64,000 nt of DNA from positions 36,355 to 100,354 of IMG/VR virus record IMGVR_UViG_3300045988_001753. The stretch is one strand, 5' to 3'. The stretch comes from a virus. How positions within the stretch are numbered: position 1 is the first letter of the stretch; every line of letters starts with the position of its first letter. The translations under genes and the position numbers were made by a program. Shown here in pieces: positions 10,451-21,692 of the stretch. The notes below the pieces were generated by a model. That model was not told the DNA's origin. It saw only the letters and a program-made list of their open reading frames with translations, and made no database searches.

Positions 10451-13400
10451 TTAAAAGGCTATACACTTAACAGCTTGGTCTCTCTCCTTTTGAGAGATTG
10501 AATCAAACTTCTCTGCTGTCCAACCTTTCTTCAATAAATTCTCCTGCATAGAATCACTTAAAGTATTAAATGATGTAGTAGTTGAAGTAGTACCTCTCAA
10601 TTCACTGATAGTAGGAACTTTGAATGTACTATCTGCATACTTACCCTCATTAATTCTTCTATAGTAATCTATTAGGGAAGGTCTAAAGTTATTCCAGTTA
10701 GTAACCTTAGCAAAGAGTTCCTTGAAGAAATCAAGTATTCTCTTACCTAAGCCCCTATTCTGTCTTGTCATTACATACTCTCTGAAACCCTCTGCCATAT
10801 CTTCCTCAAGAGAGAGATTATCTTTCTCACCATATAACTTTCTTGCTTCATCATATAATGCCTGTCTCTCATTATTGTCAAGAAGGAGATTAAATACAGC
10901 ATGGAATGCTTCATGGTATGCAGTACCTTCAGCAGCTATGTCAGACAATGTGATTACACCTTTATCAAATTGACCCCAAGCTAAGGCACCTTGTCTGCCT
11001 ACTTTAATAAGACCTTTTACTACTTGTACTTTATCATTCTCACTTAATTGAGGTAGCACTCTACTAATCCAATTAAGTTCCTTTTCCTGATTCCATACTG
11101 TAGCTTCTGTGTCATTTACTCTTCTTAGGGTAAATTCATCCTCAAACTCTTCATCATGGTCATTTATTGCCTGTTCCTTTTGAGCAGTATAGGCAGCACC
11201 TGTCTGGGTATTACCTTGATTAATAGTTGCAGGAGTTTCCACAGTAGTGATAGGAGTAGCACTTACAGTAGGTACTGCATCAGGGTCAAACAATATAGTC
11301 TTTTCTGATGCTAAGTCTTTCATTCTTTGAGGATTACCTAATAAAGCCTTTCTCATGGAATCCTCAACTTGAGATTCACTCATACCTCCTTGTACAGGGT
11401 TATTCTTTATAAGTAAGAATGTTTTACCATTAGGGAATACTGCATAGTAATTATTTGAAGCTACATGAGATTCTTCTCCCTGTCTGCCAAATCCCTTGGT
11501 TATATTAGGAACCTTGGTTATATGGACATCTACTTCTGTAATACCTGCAATAGGAGTTAAATACCCTTTATGTAATTTACCATCCAACTCAAAGTAACCT
11601 ACTCCCTCATCAGCATTATTCATACTGTGTTCAGGTGTCAAATCTTCAATAGGGTTCTGTGTCTCTAATGAAGTCTCAAAGATAGGTAATACTGTCTGAG
11701 CTTGTGCTGGAGTAGCAGGAGTTCCTGTAGATTTATCTACTTTAACTGCACTTGCTAAAGGCACATTAACAGCAGGATTGTATGCAATAGGAATACCCTT
11801 TTCACTTTGTACTGCTGATACATTCTCCTTATCATAACTCAATACAAATGGCATTACAGCTAACTTAGTAACTGGTACACCATACTGAGATTCAAATAAG
11901 TTCTTGTAAGCAGAAAGTTGTAAAGTATAGTAATCCTTCGCACTCATTCTCTGAGTAGCAGATGGAGTAGTAAAGTAATTAACCTTATGACCATATCTGT
12001 CTGTAAAGTCATAGAAGCTGTATCTACTTGTCTTTACATCATAGATTCTAAAGTTACCATCCTTATCAACAGAGAGAATATCAACCTCACCTGCAACTCT
12101 TGTACCATCAGGATATTTCTGGAACAATACAATATTGTCAGCAAGGAATCTTTCTCCCATTTGTTCCATGTTTGACTTAACTCTATTAAGAGTGGTAATT
12201 AAATCTATGAAAGCACTCTCTGACATATTAGATGGTCTTGCTATCTTAGATACATCTCTTATAGTAAAGTACTGTCTAATAATACTATCTATTGCTGAGC
12301 CAGCATCAAGTGCTCTTTGTGAATTAGTACCAGACATCTTATCTCTTACTATATTCACAATAGTATCTCTACTCTTAGCATCAGTCTTTCCTTGATAACC
12401 ATCAAGATTAATCTTATACTTGTTTTCAAGGAACTTCAAGTAATTGTCAAATTGAGTAGGAGTATCAACTAACTGTGATAGCTTGGTTCTTACTTGTGTT
12501 AGAGCCTCTGTTTGCTTAGGAGATTCTACCCAATTAGAACCTAATCTACTATGCACTCTACTATATTGGTGGTATTCACCATCATCTTCAAGTACATAGT
12601 AAAACTCACCATCAGTTCTTGTCTTGTCTATTCTCTTTTGGTTCTCATATATTTCACTGATAACCTCCTTAGACTTGGCAACTCTATCTTCTCTTTCTTT
12701 CTTCCTACCTGCAATAGTATCCTTAACATCTTGTGCCTCTTGACCACTGAGATATGTCTGCTTGCTTCTATCAAGTACTTTACCATCAGGAGTAAGAACC
12801 TTGTTATCTACCATCATTGAAGAGTTAGTAGAATCCCCGAAGTTATCTTGTGCCCAAGCTAAATCAAACAATATTCTGTTACTGTCAGTAACTTCTACAG
12901 TCCTACCTTGGTCATCTCTGATAGTGTTTGTCTTTAAGTCTACATAGTATGGCTTATTTGAGAATATAGATACTATTCTTGTGCCTGCAATAGCACCCTC
13001 AGTACCACCTACAGGAGTTTCTACTTTCCTCTTAGGTTGAGGAGCTACAGAAGCTGGACTTATAGCCTGATGTAAGTTACCTTCATTATCAAAGTAATCA
13101 GTTGTAAACCAATTACCTCTTACTGAAGCCTCAGTAATATTTGAAGTAAGGATATTAGAGTTTATCAACCTATTGTTGTATGCACCTTCATTTATTCTCC
13201 TTGTGCTGACCTGCAAAGGAAGATTAAACTTAATAAGGTGTCCAAGTATTTCATTGTATATATCCTCAGGATTCTTAGGAGTACCTAATGCACTTGTATC
13301 TCCTAAATCTTCAAGAGCAGTTACATCAAAGTTTATACCCCCAATCTCTGCACTCTTACTACTTGTAGAGAAATATACATCATACTTATCCTCCTTGATT

Positions 13401-16400
13401 TGCTCCTTTCCATTAATGATTACCTTCTCATAAGTACCATCTGGCTTTCTTACCTTCTTACTGATAACAATACCATCACCTGCCCTACTACTAAACCAAG
13501 TAACCATAATATCCTGCATATACAAGTCTTGTGCCAAGTCTTGCATTGCAGCAGATACATCATCCTGTGATGTAGCAGTTGATAACTTAGTAATGGCATT
13601 CTTTATATCTTCTCCAACAGGAGTAGAACTTATGTTACTATCATTCAGATTAAACTCTTCATTGTTGAAGTGCTTAACCCTTACAGCAGCAGGAGAATAC
13701 TTACCAGCTCCATTAGGTATAAGCAGATATAATCTACCTTCCTTTTGGCTCATATCCACTGGCTTGATAATAAGACTATCATCAATCTTACCATTAGTGG
13801 TAAGAACACCATTCTTTATAATACCAAAGACAGGCTTTCTATCAGTTGAAGATACATTAGGTATCTCAGATAGACTTCTCTCAGTATTACCATAGGGAAT
13901 CCTACCTACCATTACCTTAGATACCTTTGTAACAGGTGTGGCAATGAACTTACCAGTCTTATTTTGCCTGTTAGCATATTCACCTCTTATCTTCTCTTCA
14001 AGACCCTTCAAACCCTCATACCTTGAAACACTATAATCAGACTCATCCAAACTACCTACTACTTGGTTGTTTCTTTTGTCTACAATGAAGATTGTATTCT
14101 CATTATAGTCTGGGTCAATCATAAAGCCAAGTTCATCACCTGCCTTTAAGTTACCCTCATTTACATATCTGAATGCTCCTTGGTCTCTTAGATAACCATA
14201 AATGCCAGAGAAGTCTACATTCTTTTCTCTCTCACTTACTACAATATCAAATGGTCTAAAGTCTCCTTCCTTACTTGCCTCTATATGCAGTTCAGGTATA
14301 GCAGGTCTATAGAATTGATTAGAAGTATCTCTACTTGGTCTCTGTGGAGTTTCTACCCTTTCATTGGCTTTCTTATTCTCCTCATTAACCATCTCAGCAG
14401 TTATATTACCTACAGGTAATTCTGTTGTAGGTAAGTCCTCACTACTTGTTACAGTAGGAGTAGTAGATGTACCACTATCCCCCGTAGTATCTCTTCTATC
14501 ATCACCTCTTACAGTCCCCTCTCTTTTCTCTACAGGCTTCTTATATTCAGGTGAGAATCTATCCTTGAATCTATTGTCATTATTTACCTGAGACATTGCA
14601 TTCTGCAAAGCATATTGAGCCTCTTGGAATCTTGTTGCAGACAACTCAACATCACCCTCAGAATCTTCATCAAAGGCATTCTCATTATTGATATAAATTG
14701 AGTTGGGATTAGCCAACTGTTCAAGGTTTTCAGAGTTACTGAACTGGTCTTGAAGGAGCTTCATAGCATCTTGTTTAACCTGTGGTTCTGCATCTGACTC
14801 ATTAAGAACTCTTCTCACCTCATTATTGTATTGTGAAGTTTCTCTGTAGTTCTTAGCCATCTCACTACCTTCATCCTCAAGTTCTTTTAGAACTCTATCC
14901 CTATTCTCTATATCATCTTGGGTATCTATGATACCCCTGAACTCCTGTAAATTCTGTGCAGCATTCAAAGATACTTTCAAGTCATCAGACTTCTTCTTAG
15001 CTTCTTGTTGCACAGCTTGTTCATCAGCTCTTGCATGGTCTTCTGCTTGCTTTTGAGGATTTTCAAGATACTCTTTCAGCTTTGCATTATATGTCTTTGA
15101 GGCATTACCTAACTTAACAATATCATTTAGCTTAGTTGTAATATCTTCTTTCTCATCTGCACTAAGTACAGTCTCATCTACCTCATTAATTTCCTTGATA
15201 AGACCATCTACAAACTTAGGATTAGTTGCCAATGTATGAGCCAATGTCTTATCATCCTGACTTCTTACAAGATTAAGAGTATTTATTGCACCTTGAATAG
15301 CTCTTACATTCTCATCTGCTTGTCTGTATCTGTCAGTTAAATCAGCATGAGTTTGACCTTCAAAATCTCTTATCTGCTCATTGAACCTAAGGAATGAATC
15401 TAAGTTACCTAATACACTACCTATTGCAGATTTTACTTCTCCAGACATAGCTGTTGCCCTTTCAGCCCAGTTGCCTATCTGAGACTTCATCCATGTCAAT
15501 TCTTCAAGCTGGTCATCTGATAATTGCTGACCTGTCTTAATATCAAGCTCATCTTTTATCTTCAGATAATTGTTGATAGTGTTGGTCATTTCATCATGGT
15601 TCTGCTGCAACTTCTCTATCATTTCCTGCTTGCCTTCTGGAGTAGCATACATAGGATTACCATTCTTATCAACAAATGGACCTACCTTAGAGCCATCTTC
15701 AAGAGTAGTTGTAGTGTTTTCCACAATAGAGGCAAGATTTTCATCTGATGTATCAAATGCTGTGTTAATTAAGGTAGTGAGGTCTTCCATTCTACCTGCA
15801 CTATCAAACATGGCAATATCAGATACTAATTGAGCATGTTCTGCATTCTTGAAGCTGAACTCATCACCTTCCTCAGCAGCTCTATTCATATCATTCTGAT
15901 ACTTATTATGCCTGATAAGACCTTGATAGTAGTTCTTAAATTCAGGAGAGTTTATCCTGCTATTCATGTAGTTAGCAATCTCATTCTCTCTTGCTATCTT
16001 CTCATTATAGTCTCTCCATTCATTTATGGCACCACCCTCAATAGTGATTGGAGACTGAATACCACCTTGTGCATTTCTTACACTTCTGAATCTTGGCATA
16101 CCTAATGCACCTGTCAAAGAACCAATAAAGAACTCTTCCCATACAGAGCCATCATTTACTGTCTCATTGATTCCCTCAGCAAATGATTTAGTCCAACTTA
16201 GTGTTTCTTGAGAAGCTTCTGGGTCAGTCTTTGACTTATAGAAGTTGTTTACATCAGTAGAGTAATAATTACCTGCTATTCTACTTGCAGCACCCTGTGC
16301 CATTTCCTCAGTACCTTCAGATAATGCACCCTTTGTTATTGCAGTAGCAGCACCTAATCTTGTAGTACCAGCAGTATATTCTCCTGCCTTACCTACTATA

Positions 16401-17512
16401 TTAGTAGCCTTTCTTGCAGTCTTGAATCCATTAGCATATAACTTGCCAAACTGGATTATATTAGATGCAGTAAGGATAGGTATATTCATAAGCAAGTCTG
16501 CATTACCCATCTTTAGTCTATCCTCATTCAGTTTACCAAGTGCTGCATTGTAAGCTTCTCTTTCCCTTGCAATAGCATCCTGATATTTTACATAAGCTGG
16601 GTCTACAAACTGATTGCCTTCTACACCACTTCTTACAAGCTCCTTTCCTGCATTAGCTTCATATTCAGCCTGTATTGCATCTAACCTTTCCCTTAGACTG
16701 TCATCAAGCTGTGCTTTATGAAGCTCAAACCAATCCTTACTATTGTTGAGTGCTTCAATTCTGCCCTCATTTACTGCTGAGATAGTAGCACCTACAGCAG
16801 TATTAACTATTGCTGGAGCCTTTGAAGACTTAGCAATAGCACCAATGAGTTGAGGTAGCTTAGTTACCTTCAATCCAGCAGCAGTAACACCACCACTATA
16901 GAAAGCACCTACTGTGAAACCTAAGTTCTTGATAAACTTATCACCTAAGAAGTTAGCAGTGAAGATATTTTCATACCAAGGCTGCTCTTGTTCTGCCCTT
17001 GTATAATAGTTAGGTAATGCCTGCTCAGACCATTCATTAACAGACTGCATAGCTTTAGAGAAGTCATTATCCCAAAGACCAGACCATCTGCCTTCACCTA
17101 TTGCAGTACCAGCTCCAAATATCAAACCTACAGTACCATCAAGGAAAGTAGTACCTGCAAGTATAGCACCTTTAGCAAGACCTGCTCCTATTTGTGCATA
17201 CCAAGGCTGATTCTCTGCTCTTATATCTCCCAGTTCTTGGAACTGAGCTTCTGTTGCAGTAGGTTCATCAAACATACTCTCACCCCAAGGTGTAGCAGTT
17301 CCCTCTAATGAAGTTGCAACCATTTGCTCACCATGTGCCCTTGCATCATACAATGAAGTAGGAGCAGTATTTGCTCCTACATTCATGCTGAATGACTGAA
17401 ACTCAGGACTAAGGTTAGTGTATGGCTCTTGATTTGCTTCCTGCAAATCTCTGAAAGTCATTGGACCACTCTTAGTAATATCTATATCCTTTACTTTAGT
17501 TTCTTTTGCCAT
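10451..17512 (-). CDS. giant multidomain virion/ejection protein (Gly-rich hydrophobic N-term, coiled coil, PD-(D/E)XK-like nuclease motif, C-terminal HExxH zincin)
   Basis: 2353 aa, ATG start. N-terminal Gly/Ala-rich hydrophobic stretches (e.g. GAGLAKGAILAGTTFLDGTVGLIFGAGTAIG) and a long charged coiled-coil centre. GEVDILSVDKDGNFRIYDVKTS lies at nt ~12026-12090. HEAFH (nt 10901-10915) is followed ~30 aa later by EEDMAEGFRE. Confidence 0.65.
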   Translation of the reverse strand: MAKETKVKDIDITKSGPMTFRDLQEANQEPYTNLSPEFQSFSMNVGANTAPTSLYDARAHGEQMVATSLEGTATPWGESMFDEPTATEAQFQELGDIRAENQPWYAQIGAGLAKGAILAGTTFLDGTVGLIFGAGTAIGEGRWSGLWDNDFSKAMQSVNEWSEQALPNYYTRAEQEQPWYENIFTANFLGDKFIKNLGFTVGAFYSGGVTAAGLKVTKLPQLIGAIAKSSKAPAIVNTAVGATISAVNEGRIEALNNSKDWFELHKAQLDDSLRERLDAIQAEYEANAGKELVRSGVEGNQFVDPAYVKYQDAIAREREAYNAALGKLNEDRLKMGNADLLMNIPILTASNIIQFGKLYANGFKTARKATNIVGKAGEYTAGTTRLGAATAITKGALSEGTEEMAQGAASRIAGNYYSTDVNNFYKSKTDPEASQETLSWTKSFAEGINETVNDGSVWEEFFIGSLTGALGMPRFRSVRNAQGGIQSPITIEGGAINEWRDYNEKIARENEIANYMNSRINSPEFKNYYQGLIRHNKYQNDMNRAAEEGDEFSFKNAEHAQLVSDIAMFDSAGRMEDLTTLINTAFDTSDENLASIVENTTTTLEDGSKVGPFVDKNGNPMYATPEGKQEMIEKLQQNHDEMTNTINNYLKIKDELDIKTGQQLSDDQLEELTWMKSQIGNWAERATAMSGEVKSAIGSVLGNLDSFLRFNEQIRDFEGQTHADLTDRYRQADENVRAIQGAINTLNLVRSQDDKTLAHTLATNPKFVDGLIKEINEVDETVLSADEKEDITTKLNDIVKLGNASKTYNAKLKEYLENPQKQAEDHARADEQAVQQEAKKKSDDLKVSLNAAQNLQEFRGIIDTQDDIENRDRVLKELEDEGSEMAKNYRETSQYNNEVRRVLNESDAEPQVKQDAMKLLQDQFSNSENLEQLANPNSIYINNENAFDEDSEGDVELSATRFQEAQYALQNAMSQVNNDNRFKDRFSPEYKKPVEKREGTVRGDDRRDTTGDSGTSTTPTVTSSEDLPTTELPVGNITAEMVNEENKKANERVETPQRPSRDTSNQFYRPAIPELHIEASKEGDFRPFDIVVSEREKNVDFSGIYGYLRDQGAFRYVNEGNLKAGDELGFMIDPDYNENTIFIVDKRNNQVVGSLDESDYSVSRYEGLKGLEEKIRGEYANRQNKTGKFIATPVTKVSKVMVGRIPYGNTERSLSEIPNVSSTDRKPVFGIIKNGVLTTNGKIDDSLIIKPVDMSQKEGRLYLLIPNGAGKYSPAAVRVKHFNNEEFNLNDSNISSTPVGEDIKNAITKLSTATSQDDVSAAMQDLAQDLYMQDIMVTWFSSRAGDGIVISKKVRKPDGTYEKVIINGKEQIKEDKYDVYFSTSSKSAEIGGINFDVTALEDLGDTSALGTPKNPEDIYNEILGHLIKFNLPLQVSTRRINEGAYNNRLINSNILTSNITEASVRGNWFTTDYFDNEGNLHQAISPASVAPQPKRKVETPVGGTEGAIAGTRIVSIFSNKPYYVDLKTNTIRDDQGRTVEVTDSNRILFDLAWAQDNFGDSTNSSMMVDNKVLTPDGKVLDRSKQTYLSGQEAQDVKDTIAGRKKEREDRVAKSKEVISEIYENQKRIDKTRTDGEFYYVLEDDGEYHQYSRVHSRLGSNWVESPKQTEALTQVRTKLSQLVDTPTQFDNYLKFLENKYKINLDGYQGKTDAKSRDTIVNIVRDKMSGTNSQRALDAGSAIDSIIRQYFTIRDVSKIARPSNMSESAFIDLITTLNRVKSNMEQMGERFLADNIVLFQKYPDGTRVAGEVDILSVDKDGNFRIYDVKTSRYSFYDFTDRYGHKVNYFTTPSATQRMSAKDYYTLQLSAYKNLFESQYGVPVTKLAVMPFVLSYDKENVSAVQSEKGIPIAYNPAVNVPLASAVKVDKSTGTPATPAQAQTVLPIFETSLETQNPIEDLTPEHSMNNADEGVGYFELDGKLHKGYLTPIAGITEVDVHITKVPNITKGFGRQGEESHVASNNYYAVFPNGKTFLLIKNNPVQGGMSESQVEDSMRKALLGNPQRMKDLASEKTILFDPDAVPTVSATPITTVETPATINQGNTQTGAAYTAQKEQAINDHDEEFEDEFTLRRVNDTEATVWNQEKELNWISRVLPQLSENDKVQVVKGLIKVGRQGALAWGQFDKGVITLSDIAAEGTAYHEAFHAVFNLLLDNNERQALYDEARKLYGEKDNLSLEEDMAEGFREYVMTRQNRGLGKRILDFFKELFAKVTNWNNFRPSLIDYYRRINEGKYADSTFKVPTISELRGTTSTTTSFNTLSDSMQENLLKKGWTAEKFDSISQKERDQAVKCIAF

Positions 17513-17515
17513 ATC

Positions 17516-19321
17516 TTAATATCCATAAGGATTAAACTCTTGTTCTTTTGTCTTATTCTGTACTCCTAATTGAGAATGGAATAAGTAGGCTTGCTGTATA
17601 GCCTGTGCATATTGTTGCTGTGCATAAGTAATTTCATCTGGAGTAGCCTGATGTACATTACCTCTTGCATCAGTATATTGCCCTGTATTGACTACTTGTT
17701 GCCATTGATTTGCAGCAGCCATTGCCCTATCTCTATTCTGCTCATTAGTTGTATTGATACCAGCAGGCATTCTGAATCTTCTCACATTGCCCTTGTCATC
17801 TTGTATCATTACAGTAGTACCATAAGGACTGAATCTTGTAGCAGTTACTTTGTATTTATCACTCTTCAAGTCTTCCATAGTGATTTCCTCACCTGTATCC
17901 CTGAATTGCTTAGACTTGCTATCATAATCTACCTCTTTAAGACTTAATCCTCTACCAGCAGTCATAATAGCATCCTTCATATCACCCTGTTGGGCACTTG
18001 CAATAGGGTAGTCATACTCAGTAACTCTTGTAGCATCATATCTTGCAGTTCTTGCTGCTGGAGAATTATTAGCATATCTATTCCATACATTACCAAGATT
18101 GCCAGGCTGCCACTTGCCCTTTGTCACACTATAAGCACCTATGCTGTCCATGAACTGCCTGAATGCAGTAGGAGTGAATTTCTTACTGCCATTCTGCATT
18201 TGTGTTTCTACATTCATAAGTCTTGCAGTACCACTACCAGAACCTGCTGATGTTACTCTTGGGGTAGCATTTCTGGTATATTCCTGCCAACCAGCCCAAG
18301 TCATTCTCATCTGACCATGATTATCTTTGTAGAAGTACTTAGAGTATCTTTTCATATCCTCCTTATACTTCTTCTCATCCTTACTTAGTTCTCTACTACT
18401 GTAGATATTCAAAGGATTGATAGCTAAACTATTAAGCCTTGCTTGTCTCTGCTCTTCTGCCTTTCTTGCAGCAGCTCTTTTCTCTGCCCTAATCTGCATA
18501 GCTTCTTGTTCAGCCATCTTAGCTCTCCAATTATCAAGAGTCTGGTATTGAGTCTCACCAACTGCACTCCATAGACCTTGCTTAGCATAGTCAATAGCCC
18601 TTGCAATAGTGGCTTGGTCTCCCCAGTTCCTAACTCCACTTGAATTAATGGCATCTTCAACAATTCTTGTAAGTTGAGGAGCAGCATTAGGATTATCCTG
18701 TATAGCCTGTAATACTGCTTGAGAACTGAAGCCTTTCTGCATCATAGTCTCATAGTATGAATTACCTAAGATGCTTCTCCACTTCCTTGGCTTCTCTTGC
18801 ATTTCCTTAGCCAATGCAGATGCAGCACTTGCAGCCTGTGCAGTAATTAACTTACCTGAATATGCTTCATAAGCTAATTGAGGATTCCTTATGTAATCAT
18901 CAAGACTTGTAGTTGCAGCTCTTCTACTCAACATCAATGTTGGGTCTTGAAGGAGTGCTTTTTGTTGCTCTTCTGCTTGCTTCTGTCTTGCTGTATAGGC
19001 TTGTTCAATAGGAGTTATCTCCTTACTGTACCTTGCTCTCATATTGAGCATATCCCTTCTACTTGCAGCATTAAGTCCTTCTCTTGCTAACTGACCTGCT
19101 TGCTCTTCAAGGTCATTTGCATAGGTCTTGTACATCTTGTAAGCATAAGGGTCAGTCTGTTCATTAGCCATTTCCTCCCATACACTTGCCTTAGTAGCAA
19201 GCTCTCCATACTGGTTCTCCAACTCTTGATGAGCCTGAGTAGCCATCAAGGTTGGAGCCAGCATCTCTTGATAAGAGAATGGCTTGAATTGTGAATTTAT
19301 TACTAAACTATAATTAGCCAT
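17516..19321 (-). CDS. hypothetical virion protein
   Basis: 601 aa, ATG start, 1-3 nt gaps to its neighbours within the giant-protein block. Q/A-rich with no motif recognised. Confidence 0.7.
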   Translation of the reverse strand: MANYSLVINSQFKPFSYQEMLAPTLMATQAHQELENQYGELATKASVWEEMANEQTDPYAYKMYKTYANDLEEQAGQLAREGLNAASRRDMLNMRARYSKEITPIEQAYTARQKQAEEQQKALLQDPTLMLSRRAATTSLDDYIRNPQLAYEAYSGKLITAQAASAASALAKEMQEKPRKWRSILGNSYYETMMQKGFSSQAVLQAIQDNPNAAPQLTRIVEDAINSSGVRNWGDQATIARAIDYAKQGLWSAVGETQYQTLDNWRAKMAEQEAMQIRAEKRAAARKAEEQRQARLNSLAINPLNIYSSRELSKDEKKYKEDMKRYSKYFYKDNHGQMRMTWAGWQEYTRNATPRVTSAGSGSGTARLMNVETQMQNGSKKFTPTAFRQFMDSIGAYSVTKGKWQPGNLGNVWNRYANNSPAARTARYDATRVTEYDYPIASAQQGDMKDAIMTAGRGLSLKEVDYDSKSKQFRDTGEEITMEDLKSDKYKVTATRFSPYGTTVMIQDDKGNVRRFRMPAGINTTNEQNRDRAMAAANQWQQVVNTGQYTDARGNVHQATPDEITYAQQQYAQAIQQAYLFHSQLGVQNKTKEQEFNPYGY

Positions 19322-19322
19322 A

Positions 19323-21674
19323 TTACTTCTTCTTAATAGTTAAATAACCACCCTTAGCTTTCTTTTTCTTAGCTTTATTGGCAGCATCTCTTACTTCCTT
19401 CTTCTCTGCTTCACTAAGACTTTCATATCCATTCTTATATGTAACATTACCCTTGCTATCAATAGAGTAGTATAGTGCAGGATTACTCATAATCATATTT
19501 CTACTATACTCTTCTCTACCAATATCTCCAAGAGAATTAAAGAAGTTAGTAAGGTTAGCACTCATACTTGCACCTCTTCTTGCATCAACAGCATCTCTTA
19601 CTGCCATAGCCTGTGCAACACCACTTAGTCTTGAACTTCTTGCCTTTAATGCAGCTTCTTGATTTGCCATTGCAGCCTTGAGTCCCATCTCAGCATTAGC
19701 CATGTTAGTACCTCTATTAAAGGTCTCAACAGCTTGTCTTTGTGCCAAGTTATACTCTTCAGCCTGTCTTGCAAGGTCTCCTAATCTACCTTGAGCATTA
19801 TAATCTGCTGCAAGCAAGGCTGCATTTCTTGAAGGACTTGTAGTATTCATAATAGCCCTTCTTGTAGCACCTGCCTGTGCATTAAGTTTATTCAAATAGA
19901 AGTTTCTGTCAAAAGGTCTATATTGTAAATAGTTACCTATTGGAGTATATCCTACTGGAGTATAATTACCTGCTTGATTAGCTGCTTCAAGTATTGTATC
20001 TGCACTTGTATAGTCTGGTCTACTAAATAAGTTCTGACCTAATCCTATTGCAGCTCCTACTACAGGGGCATATCTTAGCCAAGTCAGCTTGCTATTATTA
20101 TCCCCTTTATCACCCTCATCAGTACCTGACATGGCTTCATTCCATACATCTTCTGCACTGATAGGTTCCAATAAAGTACCATAGTCTTGCCAATCTCCAT
20201 AATCTACACCATCTAAGAAGTTAGGCATATCACCAAGACCATCAAATAATGTACCCATTTTACCACCATGAGCATATTGTACTCCTTCTTGACCTACTTG
20301 ATTCTGTTGTCTTACAGTCTCTTGGGCTTGTTGTAGTCTGGACATAGAGCTTAGAAGTCCTCTCTTGCTTATTGGGTCATTAGGTCTTTCCTTTGATTCA
20401 TCACCTAACTTCTCTGCTATTGCAGCAAAGGAGTATCCATCATAAGACTTAGGGAGATTAAAACTCTCCAATAGACCACCATCAGCAAATAATCTGTTAC
20501 TGAATACATAGTCATTGAATATAACCTCACCTTGCTCTACAAGATTTGGGTTTCCCTCAGCATCCATTCCCATAGGTACACCCTCCATTGGATTCTCCTC
20601 ATGGGTTCCACCATTACCAATTACTCTAAGACCATTATCCCACTCAGCACCATGAGTAAGTAAATCTCCTCCAAAAGCATGATGCCATTTCCTTGCATTA
20701 GCAGCAAAAGTAGCTCTCTTCCTTACAGCAGGGTCACTACTTCTTTTACCCCTTGCAATACACTCTGAAGTAACTTTACCCCCACAATACTTAGTGAATT
20801 TACCTCTATTCTCAGGCTTGATATGTATCTTACCTCCTTTAGCAAAAGTATTCAATTCTGATGATTCAAATGAGTTAGGTAATGAAGTCAGCTTACCTTT
20901 ATTTGCAGCATTAAGAGCCTTAATGCCTAAGTTCTCCTTAGCTAACTCATAACCTATTGCCCCACTTCCATATCCTCCCCATATACCAAGAGGACCACCA
21001 AAGGCAGCAAAGCTTGCCATAGCATTAAGGTCAGACTGAGTATCTGCTGCATCTGCTGCATTCTCATAAGAAGTCAATGCTCTATTTCTTGCAATATCCT
21101 GTTGCTTCTTTAGTTCCTTATATTTGTTTTTAGCCTTATTGCTAAACCAACCATCTTTACCAATATCTGATTTAGTAAAGTCTTTGCCAAAGTCCTGATT
21201 AGCCCACTGGTCCATAACTGAATCAGCACTACTGCTATCTACCATAACAGTATTTATAGCTTTGTTGCTTCCTTCAACTTCAGCAATCTTCTCCTTATTT
21301 AACTTGGAGCCAAACATCCTATTTGTAAGACCTCCAATAATACCAGTACCAGCAGATATGATGCCTCCAAGTACAGGATTAACTGCACTTACTGCACCAC
21401 CTATAGTGCCACCAATATTACTGATTGCACTACCTGCACCTGATTCAAGTCCTCCACTAATAGCACCACCTGCAATATTACCCACTGCACTACCTATGCC
21501 ACTTGCTAAGCCTCCTTTCAGCATACCAGCAACATTGCCTCCACTGAAAGTGCCTTTCAAGTCAAAAGGCTTAGTTCCACCTAAAGCATTCTTGAAATCA
21601 CCACCCCAACTATAGTAATGAGGGTTGTATGTAAATGGTCTGTTAGACTTTCTTATAACTTTTCTTTTAGCCAT
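19323..21674 (-). CDS. virion/ejection protein with N-terminal glycine-zipper region
   Basis: 783 aa. Residues ~40-115 are GxxxG-type repeats (GGLASGIGSAVGNIAGGAISGGLESGAGSAISNIGGTIGGAV...). Its own TAnnTTTG promoter lies 19 nt upstream. Confidence 0.6.
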   Translation of the reverse strand: MAKRKVIRKSNRPFTYNPHYYSWGGDFKNALGGTKPFDLKGTFSGGNVAGMLKGGLASGIGSAVGNIAGGAISGGLESGAGSAISNIGGTIGGAVSAVNPVLGGIISAGTGIIGGLTNRMFGSKLNKEKIAEVEGSNKAINTVMVDSSSADSVMDQWANQDFGKDFTKSDIGKDGWFSNKAKNKYKELKKQQDIARNRALTSYENAADAADTQSDLNAMASFAAFGGPLGIWGGYGSGAIGYELAKENLGIKALNAANKGKLTSLPNSFESSELNTFAKGGKIHIKPENRGKFTKYCGGKVTSECIARGKRSSDPAVRKRATFAANARKWHHAFGGDLLTHGAEWDNGLRVIGNGGTHEENPMEGVPMGMDAEGNPNLVEQGEVIFNDYVFSNRLFADGGLLESFNLPKSYDGYSFAAIAEKLGDESKERPNDPISKRGLLSSMSRLQQAQETVRQQNQVGQEGVQYAHGGKMGTLFDGLGDMPNFLDGVDYGDWQDYGTLLEPISAEDVWNEAMSGTDEGDKGDNNSKLTWLRYAPVVGAAIGLGQNLFSRPDYTSADTILEAANQAGNYTPVGYTPIGNYLQYRPFDRNFYLNKLNAQAGATRRAIMNTTSPSRNAALLAADYNAQGRLGDLARQAEEYNLAQRQAVETFNRGTNMANAEMGLKAAMANQEAALKARSSRLSGVAQAMAVRDAVDARRGASMSANLTNFFNSLGDIGREEYSRNMIMSNPALYYSIDSKGNVTYKNGYESLSEAEKKEVRDAANKAKKKKAKGGYLTIKKK

Positions 21675-21692
21675 ATCATACTAATTTGTTTG

